Below are positions 42,316-52,069 of a DNA stretch of 64,000 bases, one piece after another. The position numbers and the translations under genes are program-made. The number at the start of each line of letters is the position of its first letter. The first letter of the stretch is position 1. Source of the DNA: Alphaproteobacteria bacterium (GTDB taxonomy: Bacteria; Pseudomonadota; Alphaproteobacteria; CADEGL01); NCBI GenBank assembly GCA_026400755.1, contig JAPLOM010000008.1:12806-76805 (forward strand), given 5' to 3'. Under the pieces are notes generated by a model. The model was given only the letters and a program-made list of their open reading frames with translations. It made no database searches and was not told where the DNA came from.

Positions 42316-42741
42316 TTAGCGCGGGAGTTTAACCGAGCCGTCGGGCGCGATCGTGAAGGCGGGATTCCAGGCGACCTCCCATGTATGGCCATCGGGATCG
42401 GCGAAATAGCCGATATAGCCGCCCCAGTCCGTTGCCATGCCGCGCTTGAGTACGCGGGCACCGGCATCTTCCGCCTCCTTGAGCAAGGCATCGACGTCAT
42501 CTTTCACGCGGACATTATGGGCGATGGCGAAACCGCCGAAGCCGCGCGTGCCATCCTTCACGTCCATGTCGGCCGCCAGGGACGCGCGACTCCAGAGCGA
42601 GAGGATGATGCCACCCAACTGGAAGAACGCGACCTCGTCGCCGCCCATCTTGGACGCGGTCCAGCCAAGCCGTTCGTAGAAGCGGCGGCTGCGCGCGATG
42701 TCGTCAACGCCCAGGGTGATGAGGCTGAGACGCTGTTCCAT
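42316..42741 (-). CDS. VOC-family (glyoxalase/bleomycin-resistance fold) protein
   Basis: 141 aa. The LSLITLGVDDIARSRRFYERLGW segment is a typical VOC first beta-alpha-beta module. Confidence 0.78.
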   Translation of the reverse strand: MEQRLSLITLGVDDIARSRRFYERLGWTASKMGGDEVAFFQLGGIILSLWSRASLAADMDVKDGTRGFGGFAIAHNVRVKDDVDALLKEAEDAGARVLKRGMATDWGGYIGYFADPDGHTWEVAWNPAFTIAPDGSVKLPR

Positions 42742-42773
42742 GACGGTCCTCCATCCACGAGTAGCGGCGCATG

Positions 42774-43649
42774 TCAGGCATAACGACGCCAGGAGTGCTG
42801 AGGTTCATAGCCCAGCATGCGCTTCGCCTTGCCGTGGTCGAACAGCGTCTCGTGCTCGCCGAGAGCGCGCGTGATTTTCACGCCGGGAAAGATTTCGGCC
42901 AGCAGGTCCTTTGTGGGGATTTCCTTGGCCGTGTCGGCGGCGGAGATGATGAAGCTATCGGCGCCCTTCACATCCGCTTCGAGCGCCAAGCGGCAGGCCT
43001 GCGCCACGTCGCGCGTGTCCACATAGGCCCACAGCGAGGCCTTGCGGTCGTGCGGATCGCGCGCCAGCGCCGGGAAAGCGCGATAGTCGTCCGTATCGTT
43101 GACGTGGCAGAGGCGCAGGGCGGCGAACGACGTGCCGGGATTCCAGCGCGCCATCTGCCGGATCTCCTCCTCGCCCAAAACCTTGGTCAGCGCGTAGCCC
43201 GTCTCGGCACGCAAGGGATGCGCCTCGGTCACCGGCGCGAAGTCCGGCGGGATGCGCAGGTATGGCACGCCGTGGACGGTTTCGCTGGAGGCCCACACGA
43301 CGCGGGACACACCGAGCAATGTCGCGGCGGAGAACACGTTGTGCGCGGTCAGCATGTTGGTGCGGTAGGTCACGGCCTCCGGCGCCGAACCCTGGTCCGG
43401 GATGGCGGCTAGATGAACGACCGCATCAGCCATGGCGAAGGGACGCCGCCGCTCGATGATGCCCGCGGCCGCCTTGAGCGCGTCGACGGCTTGGCCGAAA
43501 TCCTCCAGATTCACCTTCAGGAACGGGCAGGCACGCTCGGGCGGCGCCACCGCGTCCACGTTCAAGACGCGATAACCATGATCCACCAGCTCTCGCACCA
43601 CGGCCCGGCCCGCCTTGCCGCTGCCGCCCGTCACGACGACGTTTTTCAT
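42774..43649 (-). CDS. NAD-dependent epimerase/dehydratase-family protein
   Basis: Start at MKNVVVTGGSGKAGRAVVREL (ATG 43649-43647). Rossmann TGGSGxxG and a YxxxK region. Confidence 0.75.
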   Translation of the reverse strand: MKNVVVTGGSGKAGRAVVRELVDHGYRVLNVDAVAPPERACPFLKVNLEDFGQAVDALKAAAGIIERRRPFAMADAVVHLAAIPDQGSAPEAVTYRTNMLTAHNVFSAATLLGVSRVVWASSETVHGVPYLRIPPDFAPVTEAHPLRAETGYALTKVLGEEEIRQMARWNPGTSFAALRLCHVNDTDDYRAFPALARDPHDRKASLWAYVDTRDVAQACRLALEADVKGADSFIISAADTAKEIPTKDLLAEIFPGVKITRALGEHETLFDHGKAKRMLGYEPQHSWRRYA

Positions 43650-43786
43650 GCCCGCCCCCGCTGCCATCGGACGACGATCATAATGCCTGCCGCCGGCCGC
43701 TCCCATGGCCTGGACAAGCTTTCGCCACCCGGCCACCATCGCGCCTCTTCGCCGGGATCCCGGCGCGGCATCCTCCGCGGAGCTCC

Positions 43787-44647
43787 ATGATCCTCCAGGC
43801 CCACGTCGTCGGCATCGTCATGGTGGCGGCCGTCGTGCACGCGACGTGGAACGCGCTGGCCAAGGCCTCGCACGACAAGTTGCACATGTATCTTGTCTCG
43901 AATGTCGCGGCAGGCCTGATCGGCGCCGTGGCGCTCCTGTTCCTGCCACCGCCCGACCGTTCGGCCTGGCTGATCCTGGCCGTCTCCGGGCCGATGCAGG
44001 TGGTCTACACCGCGCTTCTGTATAGCGCCTACCGGGTCGGCGACCTGAGCCAGGTCTATCCGATCATCCGCGGCCTCTCGCCCATGTTGGTGGCGCTGGG
44101 CGCTTTGGTCTTCGCGGACGAGGCGCTGTCACACCAACAATATGTGGGCATCATCATCGTCTGCGTGGGCATGGCGTCGCTGGCCTTCGGCCATCGGGGG
44201 CCGGGCATGAAACGCGATTGGCGTCCCCTGGCCTATTGCGTGATGTGCGCCGCGATGATCGCGACCTACACGGTGATGGACGGCATCGGCGTGCGCCGCT
44301 CGGGCAGCCCGTTCGCCTATGCCTGCTGGCTGTTCGTCGCCTATGGCGTGGGCGCCGCTTGCTGCTACCCCTTCCTGTCGCGCTGGCGCGTGCCGGTGCA
44401 GGTGGCACGGCGCACGGGCCGCGCGATTTTGGTGGGCGTGGGCGTGGTGACCGCCTACGGCTTGGTCATTTATGCCTTGAGTCTGGGTGCCATGGCGCCC
44501 ATATCAGCCCTGCGCGAAACCAGCGTCTTCATGGCGGCCGTGATCGGCGCGGTCTTCCTGGGCGAACCTTTCGGGCGACGGCGCATCGTAGCCGCCGCCA
44601 TCGTCACCGTCGGCCTTCTCATCCTCAACATCCCGTTTTTCGAATGA
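43787..44647 (+). CDS. DMT-superfamily (EamA-like) transporter
   Basis: 286 aa, about 10 TM helices in two EamA halves. Confidence 0.78.
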   Translation: MILQAHVVGIVMVAAVVHATWNALAKASHDKLHMYLVSNVAAGLIGAVALLFLPPPDRSAWLILAVSGPMQVVYTALLYSAYRVGDLSQVYPIIRGLSPMLVALGALVFADEALSHQQYVGIIIVCVGMASLAFGHRGPGMKRDWRPLAYCVMCAAMIATYTVMDGIGVRRSGSPFAYACWLFVAYGVGAACCYPFLSRWRVPVQVARRTGRAILVGVGVVTAYGLVIYALSLGAMAPISALRETSVFMAAVIGAVFLGEPFGRRRIVAAAIVTVGLLILNIPFFE

Positions 44648-45213
44648 CCCCACGCAAAGCCCCTCCCCTGGTGAAGCTCCTGATCGACGTGGGACCGTTG
44701 GTCGTGTTTTTCATCGTCTATTCGCGTGCGGGTCTGATGACCGCGACGGGCGTGCTGATCGGCGCCACGCTGGCGGCACTTGCCGCCTCCTATGCCATCG
44801 AGCGGCGCATCGCGCTGATGCCGCTGATCAGCGCGGGACTCGTGGCCGTGTTCGGCGGCCTGACCCTATGGCTGGCGGACGAGACCTTCATCAAGATGAA
44901 GCCGACCATCGTCTATCTCCTGTTCGCGGCAGCGCTGCTGGGCGGCTTGGCGCTGGGCCGGCCGTTCCTCAAACCGCTGTTCCAGATGGCGTTCCATCTG
45001 ACCGACCAGGGCTGGCGCATCCTGACTTTGCGCTGGGGTCTCTTCTTCATCGCCATGGCGATACTGAACGAGATCATCTGGCGCAACTTCTCGACCGACA
45101 TATGGGTCGAGCTCAAAGTGTTCGGCTTCCTGCCGCTCACGATGCTGTTCGCGCTGGCGCAGATTCCGCTCGTGCGCGCGCGGTCGCTGCCGGCCGAACC
45201 TAGCGCTTCTTGA
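44644..45213 (+). CDS. yciB: intracellular septation protein A (YciB/IspZ)
   Basis: ATG at 44644 overlaps the EamA stop (ATGA). The LVVFFIVY...TFIKMKPTIVYLLFAAALL...VFGFLPLTMLFALAQ segment parallels E. coli YciB. Confidence 0.82.
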   Translation: MTPRKAPPLVKLLIDVGPLVVFFIVYSRAGLMTATGVLIGATLAALAASYAIERRIALMPLISAGLVAVFGGLTLWLADETFIKMKPTIVYLLFAAALLGGLALGRPFLKPLFQMAFHLTDQGWRILTLRWGLFFIAMAILNEIIWRNFSTDIWVELKVFGFLPLTMLFALAQIPLVRARSLPAEPSAS

Positions 45214-45754
45214 GATAATCCGCGCTTTCGCCGGGCGGGTTGCCGCGCGGCGGGAAGTCTGACTGTCCACGCAACTCGTTGTGGTGCGTGAGCGCCCAGC
45301 GCACGGTCGGGAAGGCCAGGTCGTCCCACGGGATGTCGTCCCAGCGGAACAGCTCGGCCTCCAGCGTCTCGGGCCCAGGATTCAGGTCCGCCGAAGGCAG
45401 GCGCGCGCGATAGATGAGCTGGACCTGGCTGAGCCGCGGGATTGTATAGACCGCGAGCAGATGGTCGATCTCGATCTCGACGCCGGCCTCTTCGCGCGCT
45501 TCGCGGCAAGCGCCCGCAGCAGTCGTCTCGTGCAGCTCCAGATAGCCGGCGGGGAAGACCCAAAACCCCTTGCGCGGGTTGATGGCGCGCCGGCACAAGA
45601 GGATACGCTCCTCCCACGTACAGACGGCGCCCACCACGATCTTCGGATTGTCGTATTCGACATAGCCGCAGTCGGGGCAGACGAGACGCTCGTGCGTGTC
45701 GCCGTCGGGAATCGTCTTGAGCCAAGCGTCCTTGGCGGGGCCGGGACCAGACAT
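45200..45754 (-). CDS. NUDIX hydrolase with N-terminal zinc ribbon
   Basis: 184 aa. CPDCGYVEYDNP ribbon. Nudix box GYLELHETTAAGACREAREEAGV. Confidence 0.8.
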   Translation of the reverse strand: MSGPGPAKDAWLKTIPDGDTHERLVCPDCGYVEYDNPKIVVGAVCTWEERILLCRRAINPRKGFWVFPAGYLELHETTAAGACREAREEAGVEIEIDHLLAVYTIPRLSQVQLIYRARLPSADLNPGPETLEAELFRWDDIPWDDLAFPTVRWALTHHNELRGQSDFPPRGNPPGESADYLKKR

Positions 45755-45795
45755 AAGGCGAATCTGGCCCCGCGCGCCCCGCGCGGCAAGACCGC

Positions 45796-46671
45796 TCAGC
45801 CCGCGAAGCGCGGTTCAGGCAGGCCAGTGACGCCGGGCTCGAAGGCGAAGATGGCACCGGCCAAAGGCTCCTTCGCGAGCTCTGCATCGTCGAGCCCGTC
45901 GCGCGCGGAGGTGACATAGAGCGTGCGCAGATCGGCGCCACCGAAGCTGCAACTCGTGGGCTTGGTGACCGGCAGCATGACCGTGCGGTCGATGCGACCC
46001 TCAGGCGCATAGCGCACCACGCGCGAGCCGCCCCAGTTCACACTCCAGATAAAGCCCTCGGCATCGACGGTCAGGCCGTCGGGATAGCCCGTCTCCTCGG
46101 GCACGTCGGCCAGCGTGCGGCGGTTCGCGACCGCGCCGGTGTTGAGATCGTAGTCGTAGGCCCAGACGCATTGGGCGCGCGTGTCGGTGTAGTACATCGT
46201 GCGGTTGTCCGGCGACCAGCCGATGCCGTTGGAGGTGCGGATGCCCGTCTCCATCTTGCGCAGCGACAGATCGGGATCGAGCCGGTAGAGCGAGCCCAGC
46301 GGCTGGCGCGGTAAGCCGGCGAAATGCATCGAGCCCGCGAAGAAGCGGCCGCGCCGGTCGCACTTGCCGTCGTTGAAGCGATTCTCGGATCCGGCCTCGG
46401 GCTCCGTGATCGCATGTATCGCACCAGTCGCAAAGTCGAGCGCATGGAAGCCCCGGCGCAGCGCCAGGATCGCGCCGCCCTTCTGGCGCAAGGCGAAGGA
46501 GCCAATCAGGTCCGGCACCGCCCAGCTCTTCGTCCCGCCCGTGGCGGGATCGAAGCGCTTCATCGCCGGCTCCATGCTGTCGACCCAATAGAGAACTTGC
46601 TCGCGTGGGCACCAGACCGGTCCCTCGCCGAGCTGCGCCTTCGCATCCAAGGCCACGCGAATTTCACTCAT
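45796..46671 (-). CDS. SMP-30/gluconolactonase/LRE-family protein
   Basis: 291 aa, six-bladed propeller signature (GEGPVW, DxxG, NG.GWSPD). Confidence 0.8.
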   Translation of the reverse strand: MSEIRVALDAKAQLGEGPVWCPREQVLYWVDSMEPAMKRFDPATGGTKSWAVPDLIGSFALRQKGGAILALRRGFHALDFATGAIHAITEPEAGSENRFNDGKCDRRGRFFAGSMHFAGLPRQPLGSLYRLDPDLSLRKMETGIRTSNGIGWSPDNRTMYYTDTRAQCVWAYDYDLNTGAVANRRTLADVPEETGYPDGLTVDAEGFIWSVNWGGSRVVRYAPEGRIDRTVMLPVTKPTSCSFGGADLRTLYVTSARDGLDDAELAKEPLAGAIFAFEPGVTGLPEPRFAG

Positions 46672-46761
46672 GCTTCCCTTCTAACCCATGCACCGCGCGG
46701 GCAGAAGCGTTGCGGCGTTGTCGGTCGCGGGAGGGAGGTGGATATGCTTTGATCCCGCGCG

Positions 46762-47679
46762 ATGTCGCCCCCCGCCCCGCTCACCTCCTCCGAACGCATC
46801 CTGGCCAACACCGGCATGGCGGCCTCCATCATCCTGTGGGGCTCCATGTTCCCGGCACTGCAGGTCCTGCTGCGCCATTGGGACCCGATCACCCTCACGG
46901 CCACGCGCATCTCGCTCGGCGGCCTCGTGATGCTGGCGTTCCTGGCCTGGCGCGAGGGGCGCGCCGCCTTCCGCAACCTGCCCTGGGGCATGCTGTGGCT
47001 CGTCGGCGGCGTCTGCATGACGGGCTACACCAGCTTCATGACCATCGGTATCTCGCTGTCGGGCGCCATCTCCGGCGCGCTGATCAGCGCGCTGAGCCCC
47101 GTGCTAGCCTCGCTGGTGGCGAGCCTCGTCTACGGTGAAAAGCTCGCGCGCGCGACGCGTTGGGCAGCGGGCGCGGCCTCGATCGGCGGCATCCTAGTGG
47201 CGTTGGGTGCGCCCGGCGGCAAGCTGGAGTTCCTGGGCGGCGAGGCGATGATGCTGGTCTCCATCGCCATGTGGACCTTCTACCAGTTCGGCTGCCAGAA
47301 ACATCTGGCGCAGCTGACGCGCACGCAGACCACGACCTTCACCATCGTGACCGCGTCCTGCGTCCTGTGGCTGGCCGTGCCGCTGTCGAACCTGCTGTTC
47401 GATCACGGCTTGCGCGCGGATGTCGAGCCCGCGTCCCTGGCCCTGGTGTTCTATGCCTCGATGGTCTCCAGCGGCTTCACGATCCTGTTCTGGAACTATG
47501 CGGTCACCAAGTTGGGCGTGGCTGTAGCAGCCGTCTGCTACAGCCTGATCCCGGTCGTCTCGCTGGGCCTGACCGTGGTCGTGATCGGGAGTTTCCCGAC
47601 GACGCTGCAGCTTGTCGGCGGCGCCGTGATCGTGGCCAGTTGCATCGCGGCTCAGATCGCGCAACTTCGCCGGCGCTGA
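46762..47679 (+). CDS. DMT-superfamily (EamA-like) transporter, tandem paralog 1
   Basis: 305 aa with two EamA domains. Paralogous to the next gene; N-termini align residue by residue. Confidence 0.8.
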   Translation: MSPPAPLTSSERILANTGMAASIILWGSMFPALQVLLRHWDPITLTATRISLGGLVMLAFLAWREGRAAFRNLPWGMLWLVGGVCMTGYTSFMTIGISLSGAISGALISALSPVLASLVASLVYGEKLARATRWAAGAASIGGILVALGAPGGKLEFLGGEAMMLVSIAMWTFYQFGCQKHLAQLTRTQTTTFTIVTASCVLWLAVPLSNLLFDHGLRADVEPASLALVFYASMVSSGFTILFWNYAVTKLGVAVAAVCYSLIPVVSLGLTVVVIGSFPTTLQLVGGAVIVASCIAAQIAQLRRR

Positions 47680-47707
47680 CGCGGCCCATCGTCCGCGTCG
47701 GGCGGAT

Positions 47708-48670
47708 ATGCTTCAATCACGCGGCATGGTCGATCCCGCCGCCACGACATCTCGTGAACGCGTCCTCGCCAACGCCGGCGTGTGGATCACGATCCTGGCG
47801 TGGAGCTCGATTTTTCCCGGCTTGCAGATCGTCCTGCGTGGCTGGCACCCGCTGGCCCTCGCACCCGCGCGTGTCGGCTTCGCCGCGCTGATCATGCTGG
47901 TCTATCTGGCCTGCACGGAAGGCGCACGCGGCTTCTCGCGCGGACTGCCGTGGACGCGGCTGTTCCTGCTCGGCGGCATCGGGATCAGCGGATACATGAC
48001 CTTGATGTCGTTCGGGCTGGTTTACGCGGGCGCCGTCTCGGCCGCCATCATCAGCACGCTGACGCCCGCGGTCGCCGCGCTGATGGCACGCTTCGTCTAT
48101 GGCGAGCGGCTGACCTCGACGACACGCTGGGCCGCCACGGCCGCGGTGCTGGGCGGCGTGATCGTGGCGCTGGGCGGACCGCGCCACGATGCGGATTTCC
48201 TGGGCGGCGAACTTCTCCTGTTCGCAGCCGTGGTCGTCTGGGGCTGGTACCAGTTCGGGTGCCAAAAACATCTGCTGCACCTGACACAAGGGCAGGTAAC
48301 GACCTACACCTCGCTGACCGCGACAATCGCCTGCATCGCCGTCGCTTTGGCCGTCCAATACGGTTTCGGCCAGACGCTGGCCATGGATCTGTCCGCGCAA
48401 TCCCTTCTTCTCGTCGCCTATCTGTCGATGGCGGCGGGAGGCTTCACGCTTCTGCTCTGGCACTATGCGATCCGGCGGCTCGGCGTGACGGTCACCGCGA
48501 TCTGCTACAACACGACGCCGGTGCTTTCGCTGTGCCTGACCGCGATCCTGATCGGCGAACGGCCGACGCCGCTGCAAGCGGTGGGCGGCGCTATCATCGT
48601 GGGCAGCGCCCTGTTCGCCCAAGTGCGCGCCGAGCGCGACCGGCGCCGCGCTAGCGGAACATCTGCTTGA
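47708..48670 (+). CDS. DMT-superfamily (EamA-like) transporter, tandem paralog 2
   Basis: 320 aa. The duplicated 5' leader (ggatatgcttyratc) is also present. Confidence 0.8.
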   Translation: MLQSRGMVDPAATTSRERVLANAGVWITILAWSSIFPGLQIVLRGWHPLALAPARVGFAALIMLVYLACTEGARGFSRGLPWTRLFLLGGIGISGYMTLMSFGLVYAGAVSAAIISTLTPAVAALMARFVYGERLTSTTRWAATAAVLGGVIVALGGPRHDADFLGGELLLFAAVVVWGWYQFGCQKHLLHLTQGQVTTYTSLTATIACIAVALAVQYGFGQTLAMDLSAQSLLLVAYLSMAAGGFTLLLWHYAIRRLGVTVTAICYNTTPVLSLCLTAILIGERPTPLQAVGGAIIVGSALFAQVRAERDRRRASGTSA

Positions 48671-49376
48671 TGGCGTCCATCTTCTCGAAACCGCGCCGCG
48701 TCTCCATCGACATGTCTTTGCTGCACACGTTGTCGAAACCCGACTGACGGATGCTGGCGCGCGTCACCTTCAACTGTTCGTTGAAGGTCTTGTCGTATTG
48801 CGAGCTGAAATAGTCGATGTCGGCGGTCCCGTAACCGACCTGGTACAGAAAGTCGTAAAGGCTGCGGATGTCCGAAGCCGCGAAGGACGCGCTGCCCGCG
48901 CAGGCCGCGGGCACGGCGGTGACGGTGGCGACCTCGCGCAGCATGTCGACCACACGGCCGCGGTTGGTCTTCAGCCGCGTTTCGGAAATCGTCGAGCCCT
49001 GCTTCTGGGTCTGCTGGCCCGCGGCCTGGCCCTGGAGCGCCTGGAAGTTCAACTCGGGCAGCTTGGCCATGGCCTGCTTGGGCAGCTCGCAGTTGTACCA
49101 TTGCAGGATTTGCAGCGCGATCAGCTGATGCAACAGCGCGTTGTTCAGATAGGCTTGGCGAAGTTGGGCCAGTGCCATGTCGGCGTCGATCACGCCGCTG
49201 TTCTGCTCGACGGTCGCGATGCCCTGGCGATACTGCGTGAGCGCGTTCTCGCAGATCTGCGCGCCGTCGCCGCTGCGCGCGGCGCGCGCCTCAGGCGCCG
49301 AGGCCAAAAGGATCGCCACCAACGCGCAGAGAGACGCGGCGAAACGAGCCAGAAACGCGGTCCAGTGGCCTGCCAT
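48651..49376 (-). CDS. hypothetical secreted protein
   Basis: 241 aa. Signal peptide MAGHWTAFLARFAASLCALVAILLASAPEARA. Gln-rich middle section. No recognised domain. Confidence 0.45.
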   Translation of the reverse strand: MAGHWTAFLARFAASLCALVAILLASAPEARAARSGDGAQICENALTQYRQGIATVEQNSGVIDADMALAQLRQAYLNNALLHQLIALQILQWYNCELPKQAMAKLPELNFQALQGQAAGQQTQKQGSTISETRLKTNRGRVVDMLREVATVTAVPAACAGSASFAASDIRSLYDFLYQVGYGTADIDYFSSQYDKTFNEQLKVTRASIRQSGFDNVCSKDMSMETRRGFEKMDAIKQMFR

Positions 49377-49416
49377 AGGATGAAGCCGTAGCCCGCCCCG
49401 CGCCGCCGCGCAAGCG

Positions 49417-50652
49417 TCAGGGGGCGTAGCGCACGCGCCAGATGACAGAGGCGTAGTCGTCGGCGATCAAGAGGCTGCCGTCCTTGGCCACCGCCAGGCC
49501 CGCGGGCCGGCCGCGGACCACCGCCGGGTCCTTGCCGCCCAGCCAAAAGCCGGAGGCGAAGATCTCATAATAGTCGGCGGGCTTCTTGTTCTTGAAGGGC
49601 ACGCGCACCACGGCATAGCCCTGGGGCTGCGCCGCGTTCCACGATCCGTGCAGAGCCACGAAGGCGTCGCCTCGATACTCCGGCGGAAACTGGTCGCCAT
49701 TGTAGAAGACGAGGCCCAGCGGCGCGGAATGAGAGCGGAACAGCATGTCGGGCACGATGGCCTTGGCCACCAGGTCGGGACGCTTCTCGGCCAGCTTGGG
49801 CTGCGGATGCGTGCCGATATAGGAGTAGGGCCAGCCGTAGAACCCGTCGCGCCTCACCTTGGTCAGGTAATCGGGCACCAGCCCGTCGCCCAACCCGTCG
49901 CGTTCGTTGACCGCGACATACAAGTCGTTGGTGCCGGGGTAGAAGGCGATGCCGACCGGATTGCGCAGGCCGCTGGCGAAGGTGCGCTGGCCGCTGCCGT
50001 CGGTGGCGAATTCCTGAACCGTCGCGCGCGGCGCAGGTTCTTCCTCCACGTTGCCGCGCGAGCCGATCGCGACATAGACGTGCTTGCCGTCTGGACTGAA
50101 GGCGATATTCCGCGTCCAGTGCCCGCCGGACGGGCCGAAGGCGCCTTCTGGCGTGATTCGCTGAGGCTTGCCGCGCGCTTCGGTGTCGCCCGGCTCATAC
50201 GGAATCCGCCAAAGGCCGCGCGCGTCCGCCACATAGAAGAAACCAGACCGCGCAGCCATGCCGTGAGGTTGGTCGAACCCATCGGCGAAAACCGTTTCGG
50301 TTTCGGCCCGACCATCGCCATCCACGTCGCGCAGCAGCCAGATCTTGCCGCTGCGCAATTGCGTCGCGAAGACGTCGCCGTTGGGCGCGACCTCGAGCCA
50401 GCGCACCTGCGTGACCTGGTCGGCGAAAACCTCGCCCACGAACCCCTTAGGCACGATGAGATTGCTTCCGGCCAGCGTCTGGTGAAGCCGGGGCGGATTG
50501 GAGGCGCTGGGCGTCGCATAGGGGGCGGGCATGTCCTGGGCGCGGACTTCGATGCGCGTGCCGGGCTGCTCCTCGACCGCGACAGCATCACCGAACGAGC
50601 CGAGCCAGGCCGCCACCAGGGCCGCGGGAACGAAGATCGCACCGTGCTTCAT
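49417..50652 (-). CDS. PQQ-dependent soluble sugar (aldose) dehydrogenase, YliI/sGDH-like
   Basis: 411 aa. Signal peptide. Beta-propeller with the GLRNPVGIAF and HGSWN motifs of sGDH-family enzymes. Confidence 0.8.
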   Translation of the reverse strand: MKHGAIFVPAALVAAWLGSFGDAVAVEEQPGTRIEVRAQDMPAPYATPSASNPPRLHQTLAGSNLIVPKGFVGEVFADQVTQVRWLEVAPNGDVFATQLRSGKIWLLRDVDGDGRAETETVFADGFDQPHGMAARSGFFYVADARGLWRIPYEPGDTEARGKPQRITPEGAFGPSGGHWTRNIAFSPDGKHVYVAIGSRGNVEEEPAPRATVQEFATDGSGQRTFASGLRNPVGIAFYPGTNDLYVAVNERDGLGDGLVPDYLTKVRRDGFYGWPYSYIGTHPQPKLAEKRPDLVAKAIVPDMLFRSHSAPLGLVFYNGDQFPPEYRGDAFVALHGSWNAAQPQGYAVVRVPFKNKKPADYYEIFASGFWLGGKDPAVVRGRPAGLAVAKDGSLLIADDYASVIWRVRYAP

Positions 50653-50722
50653 CGGGAATCACCGGTTGCCGTCACCGAGCCCTTATCCTACCCGACCGTG
50701 GCGACAAAAAGGCGGGCCGGTC

Positions 50723-51925
50723 TCAGCTCCGTTTCACCGTCAGGGCGGCGACGCCAGGCAAAGTTTTACCCTCGAGCCATTCGAGGAACGCGCCGCCCGC
50801 AGTCGAGACATAACTGAAATCCTCGCCCACGCCCGCATGCGCCAGGGCCGCGACCGTGTCGCCGCCGCCCGCGACCGACAGAAGCGCGCCGCTTTTGGTC
50901 AGCTTGGCCGCATGGCGCGCGACCGCGTTGGTGCCCGCATCGAACGGCGCGGTTTCGAAGGCGCCGAGTGGGCCGTTCCAGACCAAGGTCTTGGCGCGCT
51001 CCAATTCCGCGTTCACGCGCGCGACCGTGGCCGGGCCCACATCCAGGATCATCATGTCGGCGGGCGTGGCGGCCACCGGCACGATACGGGTCTCGACGCC
51101 GGGCTTGAGCGCCGATGCCACCACCGCATCCTCCGGCAACAGGATCGCGCAGCCGGCGGCCTTGGCCGTTACCTCGATTTCGCGCGCGGTCTCGGCCATG
51201 TCGCGTTCGCACAGCGACTTGCCGACCTCGATGCCGCGCGCGTTCAGGAACGTGTTGGCCATGCCGCCGCCGATCACCAGCGCATTCACCCTCTTCACCA
51301 GGTTGCCCAGCAGGTCGAGCTTGGTCGAGACCTTGGCACCGCCGACGATGGCAACCACGGGGCGCTTCGGCGCCTCGAGCGCGCGGCCGAGATGCTCCAG
51401 CTCTTCCTGCATCAGCCGCCCGGCCGCATTGGGCAGAAGCTTGGCGATGGCTTCGGTCGAGGCATGCGCGCGGTGCGCAGCGGAAAAAGCGTCGTTGATG
51501 TAAAGATCGCCGAGCTTGGCCAGTGCGGCGGCGAAGGCCATGTCGTTGGCTTCCTCGCCCTTGTGGAAGCGCAGATTCTCCAGCACCAGCACGTCACCGT
51601 CTTTCAACGCCGCGACCGCTTCCTCGGCCGCGGGCCCGATGCAGTCCTCGGCGAAGGCGACCGTGCGGCCGCCCAACGCTTTGCCCAGCGCCGCCGCGAT
51701 GGGACGCAGCGACAACGCCGCGTCACGTCCCTTGGGCCGGCCGAAATGCGACACCACGACGACGCGTGCACCCTTCTCCGCCAACTCGCGCAAGGTCGGC
51801 GCCAGACGGTCGAGGCGCGTCGTGTCGGTCACCTTGCCGTCGGCCACGGGCACGTTCAGATCGGCGCGCACGACGACGCGGCGGCCGCGAACGGATAGAT
51901 CGTCGATGGTGCGGAAATCGGGCAT
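50723..51925 (-). CDS. pgk: phosphoglycerate kinase
   Basis: 400 aa from [26 protein letters not shown] (ATG 51925-51923). The track's 890-aa ORF continues upstream only because of a missing stop and overlaps fprA antisense. Confidence 0.95.
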   Translation of the reverse strand: MPDFRTIDDLSVRGRRVVVRADLNVPVADGKVTDTTRLDRLAPTLRELAEKGARVVVVSHFGRPKGRDAALSLRPIAAALGKALGGRTVAFAEDCIGPAAEEAVAALKDGDVLVLENLRFHKGEEANDMAFAAALAKLGDLYINDAFSAAHRAHASTEAIAKLLPNAAGRLMQEELEHLGRALEAPKRPVVAIVGGAKVSTKLDLLGNLVKRVNALVIGGGMANTFLNARGIEVGKSLCERDMAETAREIEVTAKAAGCAILLPEDAVVASALKPGVETRIVPVAATPADMMILDVGPATVARVNAELERAKTLVWNGPLGAFETAPFDAGTNAVARHAAKLTKSGALLSVAGGGDTVAALAHAGVGEDFSYVSTAGGAFLEWLEGKTLPGVAALTVKRS

Positions 51926-52069
51926 GGGCTCGCTCGCTGTCTTTGGGCGCGGTCGGAACCAAGCACAGGACAGGACGATTTTCAATCGACCGGCGCGATT
52001 GCGGCCCGCCGGGAAAGCCTTTCTAATGGCGGAAGACTGCGACAGAAGACCACGCCGGCGGGGGGAGCG

